Shown here piece after piece: positions 32,508 to 41,112 of a stretch of DNA of 64,000 bases. Within the stretch, counting starts at the first letter, position 1. Every line of letters begins with the position of its first letter. The stretch lies in contig CBDCJH010000002.1 in assembly GCA_965217775.1 (NCBI GenBank), positions 512,001 through 576,000 on the forward strand, in the 5' to 3' direction. Both the position numbers and the translations under genes were made by a program. Under the pieces are notes generated by a model. The model saw only the letters and a program-made list of their open reading frames with translations, was not told where the DNA came from and made no database searches. This stretch comes from Acidobacteriota bacterium. GTDB taxonomy: Bacteria > Acidobacteriota > UBA6911 > RPQK01 > JAJDTT01.

Positions 32508-33770
32508 TTACCCGGTGGGCGCGAAAATTGTCAGGACGAGTTCTGTCTCGCCGATCAATCGATACTCAGGAGTTCTTCCGGAAAGCCGTTCGCTGTAGTC
32601 CAGGATGATCCGCACGCCCTCTCCCCGCTTGTCCATGAAGGTGACACGATCGGTGCGTAATTCTGGACCGTCGGCCGGGACAGGACACTTGGCGAGCAGA
32701 CTCGTTATCACGTCATTCCGGGCCGACTGCAGATGCACGAGGCTCTCTACGGTCATCGTGTTCGGAATGCCGCCCGGCGAGTACAGCTCCAACCGGTCGT
32801 CAAAGAGGCGTAGCCGGATCTTGGATCCATGCAGTGAATAGTCCCCGTGCGCGACGGCGTTGACAATGGCCTCGAGGACGGCCGTCATATCGAATTGGGG
32901 TTGGTCCCTGCGCCCTTGGTACTTGAAGGCGGCCGTCTTCATGTTTTTCGAGACGAAGTGACACGCGTTCGCGATTTGAACATCCAACGGTCCTGAAATA
33001 TCGGCGGCGTCCAGTTGATATGGATCTCCGAACGCTTCCGGCCGTATCTGGCTCCCCCGGTAGGCAACGGCCTGAATGTAGGCGTTGGGAATCCAACGGC
33101 GCGGATCGTTGGTTGCCATCAGCACGCCGGCAACGGTGGGCCTCAGTGTGCCACGTTCATCAGGACGCGCCATACGCAGTTTCGAAAGCAGACCGTCCCG
33201 AGCGTCCCCGGTTCGAGGCGTCCGGAATCGCTTCCAGAGATCGGGAGACATGTCGTCCAAACTGGCGCCGGGAACGGTCTGCGCCTCGAACCGAATGATT
33301 CCGATCTGGCTGCGACGCTGAAACAGTCGAGCCAGATACTGGGGAGACATCGACCTCTTGGCATCGTCGACTCGATGCAAATACCCGCCGGGACTTTTGT
33401 GTACGAACAAGCTGCGCTGTACATCGATCATGACGACGGCAAGTTCCTCACCCGTGGTCGCCGGCAACCACAGCGGATCTATCACAGGGCTCAACGGTGG
33501 TTCGATCGAGTCCGTGCAGACATCGCGAGCGAAGTGCACCACTGTATCGAGACGGTCAAGGGGAATACCCACAATTTCGCGCAGCCTGTCTTCAACTCCA
33601 AGAAGGCAGACGCCGCCACGGCTGTTGGCGAAAGCCGCCAGTTCGTCGGCCAACTCGTCACGACCCGGTCCCCGGACCCTTCTGCCGGAGAAACGCACTT
33701 CCTTGAGTTCCAGAAACGTGGCCTCGCCCATACGAATCTTGTCCAGCAACTCTTTCCGGCTGTCAAACAT
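32508..33770 (-). CDS. Schlafen/AlbA_2 + HATPase protein, copy B
   Basis: GEATFLELK, AAFANSRGG..LLGVED, EAIVNAVAH.DYS, SPGG, RGEG; its stop abuts the start of copy C. Confidence 0.88.
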   Translation of the reverse strand: MFDSRKELLDKIRMGEATFLELKEVRFSGRRVRGPGRDELADELAAFANSRGGVCLLGVEDRLREIVGIPLDRLDTVVHFARDVCTDSIEPPLSPVIDPLWLPATTGEELAVVMIDVQRSLFVHKSPGGYLHRVDDAKRSMSPQYLARLFQRRSQIGIIRFEAQTVPGASLDDMSPDLWKRFRTPRTGDARDGLLSKLRMARPDERGTLRPTVAGVLMATNDPRRWIPNAYIQAVAYRGSQIRPEAFGDPYQLDAADISGPLDVQIANACHFVSKNMKTAAFKYQGRRDQPQFDMTAVLEAIVNAVAHGDYSLHGSKIRLRLFDDRLELYSPGGIPNTMTVESLVHLQSARNDVITSLLAKCPVPADGPELRTDRVTFMDKRGEGVRIILDYSERLSGRTPEYRLIGETELVLTIFAPTG

Positions 33771-33963
33771 GTGAGGGCTCCGGTCCCAGCCGCCGGTAGC
33801 GGCGCTCAAACGCCTCGCGTCCGCCTTCGATCACTCGGCAGACTTCCTCTCGCATGGATTCCTTCTGCTATGTGTCTCGTGACGCCGGTGTATGGGTGTG
33901 AAAGTCAAACTTCCACCACCGGGCTCCCGGGCATCGCCAATGTTGCCTTTGATCGGGTGTCAT
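33763..33963 (-). pseudogene. Internally deleted PHP-ATPase (TrlF/Ppl-like) relic
   Basis: Manual translation: MTPDQRQHWRCPGARWWKFDFHTHTPASRDT*QKESMREEVCRVIEGGREAFERRYRRLGPEPSHV*. The PHP N-terminal motif is joined in frame to the typical ATPase C-terminal motif. Confidence 0.8.
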
Positions 33964-34069
33964 GATTGTGCCTCGACTCGTTTGCGCTCCGAATGTTCCT
34001 TGTCAGTTGTCAGACGAATGTCGTTGACTCGTTTCCCGTAAATTCGCCTTCGTTCCAGAACGACGGAAA
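33960..34069 (-). pseudogene. Degenerate second copy of the pglX 3' end
   Basis: FPSFWNEGEFTG-(1-nt frameshift)-RVNDIRLTTDKEHSERKRVEAQS* aligns with the PglX C-terminus in this window, FPWFWN...FDGNRWNDLHYT...RSRRAAEAAIS*. Confidence 0.7.
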
Positions 34070-35376
34070 CCGAATGTTGTCGGCAGCAGGGGATTTTTCA
34101 AGATCCGTGATTTGTCGAGTACTCGGACAGTCTCCTGGACTTTTGCCATGGACTGTCGGAGCCGAAAAGTCACCCGTGTGAATCGACCTTTTTCGTCGCT
34201 GACCAGTTCCGGGTCGGTGCCGTTGAATTCCAGCATACGCTGTCGCATCATCAGCCATCCTCGACCGCGCCGATCCATCAATTGCCTCACGACCATCGCG
34301 TTCGCCATCAGCTCGTTGCGCGAACGCGGGACGCCTCCGGACCGCGCCTGCTCGACTGTCACGTGATTCGGGAGGGTTCCGGGACTCGTCACGACGATAC
34401 GGTCGCTGAAGACCTCCAGCAGCACCTGCGATCCGGTCAACGCGTAGTCACGATGAATGACGGCGTTCACAAGGGCTTCGCGGAGGACTTCTTCCGGGAT
34501 GAAGGGCGTAATTTGGCGATACAGTCCTCGGTAAGCCTGCCTTCTTCCCAGGCTGCGAAACCATCCCATGGAACGGTCCACCTGTTCGTCGAGGCGGCCC
34601 TTTCCCTCGCCCGTGCTCAGCACGTCAGACACCTGGCCGACGCTGGCGTATGCGACACATTGAATGAACAGATTCGTGGTGTGCGGATGTCCTTGGGGAT
34701 CTCTCCCGAAGACCATCACACCGTAGAGCGTCGGGTGGAGCACTCGGTCCAACCAGTCGCAGGCCCAGGCGTTTCGCAAGTCGTTTTCGATGTCCGGTTG
34801 TGGCTCCCTCACCATTCGCATGCCCTGCGCTCGCATGAACGAGCGAAAGGTCTCTACGTCGATCTCATTCACTGAGCCGGACGGGATGATCTGTCGCTCC
34901 GACAGAACGAAGCCGAAAATATTGAGCAGTTCCGGCAACTCCGATGAAGACGCTGCCACGGTGTTCCGTGCCCGTCGAATCCAGAAGCGCCCGTCGTAGC
35001 TGAATGGATCGTACTTTTGCTGATGGCGCCGAACTTCGATCCAATGCACCCATCCGTGGGCCGTGTAGTGACGGCTGCACTCGGCGGTGATCGGTTTTCC
35101 AAAGCCGGTGTGCAGGAAGCTCGTCAATCGTTGCTGCACGGTGTCTGGATCTTTTTTCACCCCGACGATCACCCCGGGGCCGTCAACGCCCACGACGACA
35201 AGTCCACCATCTCCATTCGCGAAGGCACATAGCGTCCTGCCGAGGCCGCCGAAGTCTCCCAGGCCGCGCTTAAATTCCGTTCGCGCGTCCTGCCCGCCTT
35301 CCATGCGCCGCAGTACATCCGGCCAGTCCATACCCCTGTGACCTGTTCCGCATCCCGGCGCTTCTTCACTCCTCAT
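34003..35376 (-). CDS. Schlafen/AlbA_2 + HATPase protein, copy A (about 50-codon read-through tail)
   Basis: TEFKR, CAFANGDGG..VVGVD, REALVNAVIHRDY, SPGTL, RNE, RGRG; alternative start at 35331; sequence after VTFRL reads through a MITE end and the pglX relic. Confidence 0.82.
   Translation of the reverse strand: MRSEEAPGCGTGHRGMDWPDVLRRMEGGQDARTEFKRGLGDFGGLGRTLCAFANGDGGLVVVGVDGPGVIVGVKKDPDTVQQRLTSFLHTGFGKPITAECSRHYTAHGWVHWIEVRRHQQKYDPFSYDGRFWIRRARNTVAASSSELPELLNIFGFVLSERQIIPSGSVNEIDVETFRSFMRAQGMRMVREPQPDIENDLRNAWACDWLDRVLHPTLYGVMVFGRDPQGHPHTTNLFIQCVAYASVGQVSDVLSTGEGKGRLDEQVDRSMGWFRSLGRRQAYRGLYRQITPFIPEEVLREALVNAVIHRDYALTGSQVLLEVFSDRIVVTSPGTLPNHVTVEQARSGGVPRSRNELMANAMVVRQLMDRRGRGWLMMRQRMLEFNGTDPELVSDEKGRFTRVTFRLRQSMAKVQETVRVLDKSRILKNPLLPTTFGFRRSGTKANLRETSQRHSSDN
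34138..34155. repeat. Isolated MITE terminal repeat
   Basis: gacttttgccatggactg matches the MITE end gacttttgccacgggctg at 16/18 positions. Confidence 0.65.
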
Positions 35377-35600
35377 CGCGCTTGCGTTGTCGCTTCTGCC
35401 GCAAGTTGTCGGGTCTGGTCATCGAGAGTGCGGACCGCCGTCTGGATGGCGACCACCTCTCGTTCCTCGAAATAAGATTCTCCGCACTGGTCGCAGACCC
35501 ACGCGGGGACGCTGTCGAGCGCCAAATGGTAACTGTTCCGAATGACGTGGAAGGGAGCCGTCGAGCGTTGCATTTCTCCGCGGCAGTGGATGCAGTTCAT
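35373..35600 (-). CDS. YgiT-type zinc-finger protein (MqsA-like N-terminal domain; putative antitoxin)
   Basis: MNCIHCRGEM...VPAWVCDQCGESYF. Confidence 0.88.
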   Translation of the reverse strand: MNCIHCRGEMQRSTAPFHVIRNSYHLALDSVPAWVCDQCGESYFEEREVVAIQTAVRTLDDQTRQLAAEATTQAR

Positions 35601-35610
35601 GACGTTGTCC

Positions 35611-35841
35611 TCATATCTCAGGTCTCTCTCCCATTCTTTCTGCTAAAGAGGATACGCGGTGACGATGGCGAGAAAGTCTTCCTTGGACGAGCAGACCACG
35701 GGGATGTTCTGGCCCTTGTTTCCTCGTCCATGACGCAGGCACCTGTGGCCGCGTACATCCTCCGGATAATCCTCGATGATGGTACGCGCCTCGGGAGAGG
35801 AAATCTCGAAGATCGACCTCCGTGAACAACGGCGTCCTCAC
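35611..35841 (-). pseudogene. Decayed DUF4258-type toxin
   Basis: Unlisted third frame reads IIEDYPEDVRGHRCL..G....NIPVVCSSKEDFLAIVTAYPL*QKEW, with a premature TAG at 35643-35645 and a degraded 5' end; lies directly upstream of the YgiT finger. Confidence 0.72.
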
Positions 35842-38800
35842 GAAATCGCCGCCTCGGCCGCCCTTCGCGACCGCGCGGCCGTCTTGGCGGCGTTCGTGTA
35901 GTGCAGGTCATTCCAGCGGTTGCCGTCGAAGTCGGAGCGGCCTCTAAAGTCGACTCGGTCGGAGCGTGTGCTGTTACCGGGAAAGTTCCAGAACCAGGGG
36001 AACGATCCCATCTCTCGGAAGGCTTCCTTTCCGCGATCCTTTCTCCAGTGGATAGTCGGCTTGGTGCGAAGAATGCCGGCACCCTTCCTACCGCCGGGGA
36101 TGTCTTCGGCCATGAACGGACGAATGTTGAGCCGCACGCCGTCGTTGATGTCCGGCTCCCAGCCGATGGGCTGTTGGTCGATGGATTTCCAGCGGACAAA
36201 GACGTCGAAGGGCGGCTCCCCGTCTAGAATGGCAACGAGCCGGTCTTGCAGTTCTTGTGCCGCGACCAGCCGGCCTTCCGCGCCGCTTTCGCCGCGTTTC
36301 ACGCTGTCCTGCTGCCGGTTGATCCAGTCGCCGAGGTAGCTGTAGGTGAGGGACTCCAGGCACCGTCGGCCCTTCCCGCCACCCTCGGCCAGCTTGTGGT
36401 AGTTGACCAGTGCATGGAAGCCGTCACGTCGGCGGCCGTCCCAGACGTGCCAAATGAAGGGGCGCTGGCGGAACAGCTTGCAATGCTGGTCGAAGAAAAG
36501 GTCGCGGAGCCACTCATTAAGGTTAGGACTGCTTGCTCCGGAAAGCAGTTTGCCGAGCACAGCGTCGTTCCATGAATCTCCGTAGGAGGTTGACAGCAAT
36601 CGGAGCAGCCGTTCCCAGGCCGGTGTCTCGCCTCGCACCGATGGGATGCAGACGATGCCATCCTTGTCCGCACAGGCAGCCAAAGCATCGCAGCGCCGGA
36701 CCCATTCGCGTTGCTCGGCGGCCAACTCCATATCGGCATCCTGCTCAGCGGGCCAGCGGTAGCCCAGCAGCCGCGCGACGGCGATCTGCAACGCTGTGAA
36801 GTCTGAGCGAATCGGACCCTGCGCGGTTCGCTCCCCCGCCTCGTCCCAGACCACCGATCCGCAGGGGTGGCCGTGGAAGATCCACTGGGTGGGATCATCG
36901 GAGTAGGGACGGGGGAGGCCGTTGGGGTATCTTTCTCGCGCGACTCTGGTCCAGCGGTCAAGGTCGAAGGGGACCTTGACCAGCGTGGCGTTCGTGACGT
37001 TGAGTTTTTGGTCGATTCGCCGCACTGCCTGGTTGTACTCGGGGGAAGAACAGAAGCACCATATGGCGGGAAGACAGTCGAGGGTTTTCACCGACAACGC
37101 GGACACGTTGCTATCAAATTTATGCCCTTGAAAAAGAGCAACGGGGAGTCCCCCCATTTGGCTGACGGCGACGCCGGAATGCCCCCATCCACCCACCCCT
37201 TGAAGCCTTGCCATGTTGCGCCCCTTGTATTCCCAATCCAATACCCCCTGCATTCCTCCATAGTTCGTCGTGTCATTCACCGTGGTTTGGACCCATACCC
37301 ACCGATTCGATATCGGCTGTTCCCAGAAACAACGCCTCTTAGCCGCGTCGTCCCCGGTCTTTATGCCTTGATATGAAGCCGAATAACCAGCCAACAACTC
37401 TCCAGCAATTTCTTCTAGCACCACTCTCGAATCTGGATTCTGTAACTGGCGTACCTGCGCGACGCCTTTGATTTCCGCGTCCAGCAATTGGACGGCTTTC
37501 TCGCCGGCGGTGCGGGATTCGGAAACATCCAGGCCGTACATAATTCCGGGCGCCTTTGTTTCGCCTGACAACCCGAGCGGGCCTCCGGACGGATGGCCGC
37601 GGGTCAGGGTGAGCAGAATCGCCTTGACGACCTCACCGCTGATGGTTTCGAAGGCACCCGGACCTAGCCGAGCGAGCAAGTGCCAAGTCTCTGTCTTCAA
37701 CAGCTTTTCCCTCAATTTTCGGTAACTGGTCAAAAACAGCCAGTTTTGCGGGAGGACGAGGCTGGCAGTTCCGCCTTCCGTGCACAGCTCCAGGCAGCGC
37801 TCGAGGAACACCGTGGCCAGATCGTTTTTGGAGGCGGGGTAGTGTTGCGCGCAGAAGGTACGCAGCGTTTCGTCCTGCTTGCCGCGAGTGAGATAGGGAA
37901 CATTGGTGATCACCCAGTGGTAACGACCCGCCAGCAATTCCGCTGCGCGCGCCATCCCCTGCGTAGCCACGGCGCGCTCGGTCTGCTCCTCGGTCGTTCG
38001 CTCTTGTTCCAGCGTGGCTGCCAACAGGCCCCGAACCAACTCGAAATCACTCTGGAAGAGATTGGCCTTCAGAGCATGCGGCCCGATAAGGGAACCTAAT
38101 TCTGGGGCCTCCGAGAAAAGATCATAGAGCGCGGCCAAGCTGTTACGGAGCGGGGCGGAGAGCAGCGAATCCCGCACGGCGAACAGGTTCCGCTCCGTCG
38201 GCATCCCGCCGGCGGCCGCGGCCGGCTCCGCCAACGCGAGCAACTGTTCCTTCGTCGCGTTGGGTGCCAGACCCGAGCAGGCGAGGTTGAGCTCCGGCAG
38301 TGGGCGATACCCTCCGGCGCCGGGATACGTCCAGGCGGTGAGGGCGAGTGCGAACGCAGCCAGTTCGACGCAACGCGGGTCCAACTCCAGGCCGTGCAGG
38401 TTTTCCCCCAATACGGCATCTACAGCGGCGCGAGCCGTGAGGTGCTCCCGCGCCATGCGCATGGGAACCAGCATCGAGAAGGCGGCGACCAGGAAGTGCC
38501 CTGAACCGCAACAGGGGTCCAGGATCTTCAGTTCCTCAAGATGCTCCGGCCAGCCGTCGAAGTTGCCGGGGGCGAAGCGCCACCTCGTCGTTCCTGTGGT
38601 GTCTTCGTGTCGCACTAGGCGCAGGTGATCGAGTGGCGCCCCGGGAACCGCAGCTTTTCGGCGCAATTCGGCTTCGGATCCGGCTTCCTCCAGGTCGGCA
38701 TCGTTGAGACGGCGGGCCGCCCACCAGGCCCCGAGGCCATTGTCGAGCAGGAAGCTCACCATGTAGGGCTCGGTGAACAGTTGGGTCACGGCAGGCAGTT

Positions 38801-39416
38801 CGTCCGCCCCGATCTTGACCTCGGAGCGGTTCACTTCTTTCTTCTTCTCGGACTGCCAGAACTGGTAGACCCAGCCGAGAGAATCCGTCGCCGCAAACAC
38901 CTCGGCCGGCAGCGACTCGACCAGCCGCTCCAATGTTTGTCGCGTCTCCGGCGCAAGGCTGACCTCAAGCGCCGGGGCGTCGGTTCGAAAGATCCGAGGC
39001 AGCATCAGTTGGGCAAAGCTCCCGGCCAGGGTCCACCGATCCTGTGCCCGCTCGCGTGCCAACTCCTCGCACTCATCCAGCGAAATGGCAACGCCCGAAT
39101 CCGGCTCGATCAGAAGCTGGTTCTCCGCCAGGAAGCGCGCGAACAACATCCGGTGCCAGTGCTCATAAGCGCATTCATGCGCCAAGCGGTCGATGGTCTG
39201 GGTTCCACTCCCACCGCGCCGGTCGCCAAGCTGCCGGCCATGAGCCCGTAGCCGCCGGCGCAGGCTGCGCCGCTCCGAGCTCATGTGCGGGTAAGGTTCG
39301 CGGCGATGTAAAGCAAGTCCTTCCAGAGCGCCAAGGGCTCCGGTCTCCGCGATCTTGCGGGCTTGGATGACTATCCGTTCAAGGTCTCTGCGGATCTCTC
39401 GCGACAATGTATTCAT
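35838..39416 (-). CDS. pglX: BREX adenine methyltransferase PglX
   Basis: YEHWHRMLFARFLAEN, LPAVTQLFTEPYMV, motif I DPCCGSGHFL, motif IV TNVPY, QNWLFL, DINDGVRLNIRPF. Confidence 0.93.
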   Translation of the reverse strand: MNTLSREIRRDLERIVIQARKIAETGALGALEGLALHRREPYPHMSSERRSLRRRLRAHGRQLGDRRGGSGTQTIDRLAHECAYEHWHRMLFARFLAENQLLIEPDSGVAISLDECEELARERAQDRWTLAGSFAQLMLPRIFRTDAPALEVSLAPETRQTLERLVESLPAEVFAATDSLGWVYQFWQSEKKKEVNRSEVKIGADELPAVTQLFTEPYMVSFLLDNGLGAWWAARRLNDADLEEAGSEAELRRKAAVPGAPLDHLRLVRHEDTTGTTRWRFAPGNFDGWPEHLEELKILDPCCGSGHFLVAAFSMLVPMRMAREHLTARAAVDAVLGENLHGLELDPRCVELAAFALALTAWTYPGAGGYRPLPELNLACSGLAPNATKEQLLALAEPAAAAGGMPTERNLFAVRDSLLSAPLRNSLAALYDLFSEAPELGSLIGPHALKANLFQSDFELVRGLLAATLEQERTTEEQTERAVATQGMARAAELLAGRYHWVITNVPYLTRGKQDETLRTFCAQHYPASKNDLATVFLERCLELCTEGGTASLVLPQNWLFLTSYRKLREKLLKTETWHLLARLGPGAFETISGEVVKAILLTLTRGHPSGGPLGLSGETKAPGIMYGLDVSESRTAGEKAVQLLDAEIKGVAQVRQLQNPDSRVVLEEIAGELLAGYSASYQGIKTGDDAAKRRCFWEQPISNRWVWVQTTVNDTTNYGGMQGVLDWEYKGRNMARLQGVGGWGHSGVAVSQMGGLPVALFQGHKFDSNVSALSVKTLDCLPAIWCFCSSPEYNQAVRRIDQKLNVTNATLVKVPFDLDRWTRVARERYPNGLPRPYSDDPTQWIFHGHPCGSVVWDEAGERTAQGPIRSDFTALQIAVARLLGYRWPAEQDADMELAAEQREWVRRCDALAACADKDGIVCIPSVRGETPAWERLLRLLSTSYGDSWNDAVLGKLLSGASSPNLNEWLRDLFFDQHCKLFRQRPFIWHVWDGRRRDGFHALVNYHKLAEGGGKGRRCLESLTYSYLGDWINRQQDSVKRGESGAEGRLVAAQELQDRLVAILDGEPPFDVFVRWKSIDQQPIGWEPDINDGVRLNIRPFMAEDIPGGRKGAGILRTKPTIHWRKDRGKEAFREMGSFPWFWNFPGNSTRSDRVDFRGRSDFDGNRWNDLHYTNAAKTAARSRRAAEAAIS

Positions 39417-40621
39417 GAATAAGGATCGCCGATCGGAAAGGACTGTGCAGGTTCGCTCTTGGCATCAGCATCATCGTTGGAGATACTCCTCAGATATCTA
39501 CATAATTTTTCGACGGGGAGCGTTGAAAAAAATCTTGCTACGCTTTCCGTGCGAATGTCGGGCTTTACTTGTTCAATCTGATGCGTTCCCAACGCATTCA
39601 ATACACGATCCAAGTGATGTTCCGACAGGGATGCAACTTCGTCGAAAATGGCACCCCCGAAAAAATCATGCACTGAATCTCGTTTTTCTTCTAGTGACAA
39701 CCGGCCAATTTTCTCACGAAGCCTTCCCTTCAGCACAACTTGTACCATCGCACGAAGATCGGCCGTATCGAAATCTTCCAATAGTGAAGTCAATGCATAA
39801 ATTTTATTGTAATCGGGCGGTGTCTGATTCAATTCCTCGAAGGTTACAAATTCGGGCCAACGAGGCGATTTTTCCATATACTCTCGCAGCACAACAAGAG
39901 AAGCAGCCAGGTTAGAGATCTTCAAATCCCCGCCAAACTCTTCGCAGAAGTTGACGAATAAAATAGTTCCATAAAATCGACTGAATTCCTTGTAATATGT
40001 AGAAAAATTGGTCGTCGAAAAACGAAACGACGGATCGCTGGTTTTGATGTTGCCCCAGCCCATGCGCATGAATAAATGAGGGCTGAAGTGGACAAATCTG
40101 GATGTTGCACAATAGAGATAGTCGTAGAGTGATCGCAATGAGCAAGCATCGGCCATGTCAATAATTCTGGGGAATTTTCTGTTCCATCCGTATTTTGAAC
40201 GATAATTCTTCAATAATTGATTGCTTGTTTTTAGAATGGACTCATACTTGCCCACGTAGGAAAAAACTGGTTGCCGAGGACGATTTTCATTGAAGAACAC
40301 TTCTTGCTTTTTGACACCTTCTGCCATTTGATTAACGGCCCAAGCGTGAAATATTTGCTGAGTATCTTGCCGGTCGATTTTTTCGTTGAAATACTTCAGT
40401 ACGACGAAGTCCTCGCAGATTCCTCGTAGTCCGGACACGTTGAAAAATGCAGACTTATCATAGGCATTATCAAATGATATCAAATTAAATTCTACACACT
40501 TGGTAAGTGCGGCGCGTATAAAAATTTGCAACCACGAATCTCTTGTTGGGCTACCGACTGATGCATCTTGTATTACTACTGCTATCTCACGATAACATCC
40601 GAGGATATCTTCTTTTTGCAT
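39413..40621 (-). CDS. DUF5677/HEPN-like protein (AT-rich cargo)
   Basis: LRGICED and MA...LY..LY..TSRFVHFSP motifs; visibly AT-rich; its stop overlaps the pglX start. Confidence 0.6.
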   Translation of the reverse strand: MQKEDILGCYREIAVVIQDASVGSPTRDSWLQIFIRAALTKCVEFNLISFDNAYDKSAFFNVSGLRGICEDFVVLKYFNEKIDRQDTQQIFHAWAVNQMAEGVKKQEVFFNENRPRQPVFSYVGKYESILKTSNQLLKNYRSKYGWNRKFPRIIDMADACSLRSLYDYLYCATSRFVHFSPHLFMRMGWGNIKTSDPSFRFSTTNFSTYYKEFSRFYGTILFVNFCEEFGGDLKISNLAASLVVLREYMEKSPRWPEFVTFEELNQTPPDYNKIYALTSLLEDFDTADLRAMVQVVLKGRLREKIGRLSLEEKRDSVHDFFGGAIFDEVASLSEHHLDRVLNALGTHQIEQVKPDIRTESVARFFSTLPVEKLCRYLRSISNDDADAKSEPAQSFPIGDPYS

Positions 40622-40822
40622 ATCTTAGCCTCGGCCACGAGGATCTGAGTGTTTTCGGCTACGAATCTGACCCGGGTCTTGGAGTACGGGTCACGGATGG
40701 AAGTCGATACGGCCGCACTCGCGAGCGGCTGGGCGCGTCAACGGATGGCTCATTAATAGGTGAACAGTTTCCGCTGTTTTGTGATTCATTGATTTGTCTG
40801 ATGGTGTTCCGCGCCCTTACAT

Positions 40823-41074
40823 TCACGTTGGATACTTGTTGCTCTTCTTGCGGTTTTCCTTCCAATGCAGCGGCTGGATGTTCTGAGGGTTGTCTGAGCC
40901 TCCACTCGATTTCGGTTTCTTATGATCCAACTCCCAACCGAATTTTCCAACTGTGCCATATGACCCTATTCGAATCGTGTCCCCTTTGGAATCCTTGCGC
41001 CAAGCGTCAGGATTCCGACGACGAATTCGTTTTCCCTTCTCCCAGGCGGCGTCTACATTCTTCTTACTCTGCAA
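40823..41074 (-). CDS. Small HNH endonuclease
   Basis: WRKD, GWELDHKKP..GGSD...NIQPLHWKENRKK; AAGGAG RBS before the TTG start. Confidence 0.88.
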   Translation of the reverse strand: MQSKKNVDAAWEKGKRIRRRNPDAWRKDSKGDTIRIGSYGTVGKFGWELDHKKPKSSGGSDNPQNIQPLHWKENRKKSNKYPT

Positions 41075-41112
41075 TCTGAACTCCTTAATTTGTTAGATTG
41101 CAAGCTTGAGTG

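Noticed and set aside
35611-35841. Listed 76-aa ORF as a real protein
   Set aside because: The recognisable DUF4258-like sequence is in a different frame; the listed translation has no motifs.
40622-40822. Possible relic of a pglX 5' end (MSHPLTRP...)
   Set aside because: Similarity to the PglX N-terminus is too weak to support by eye.
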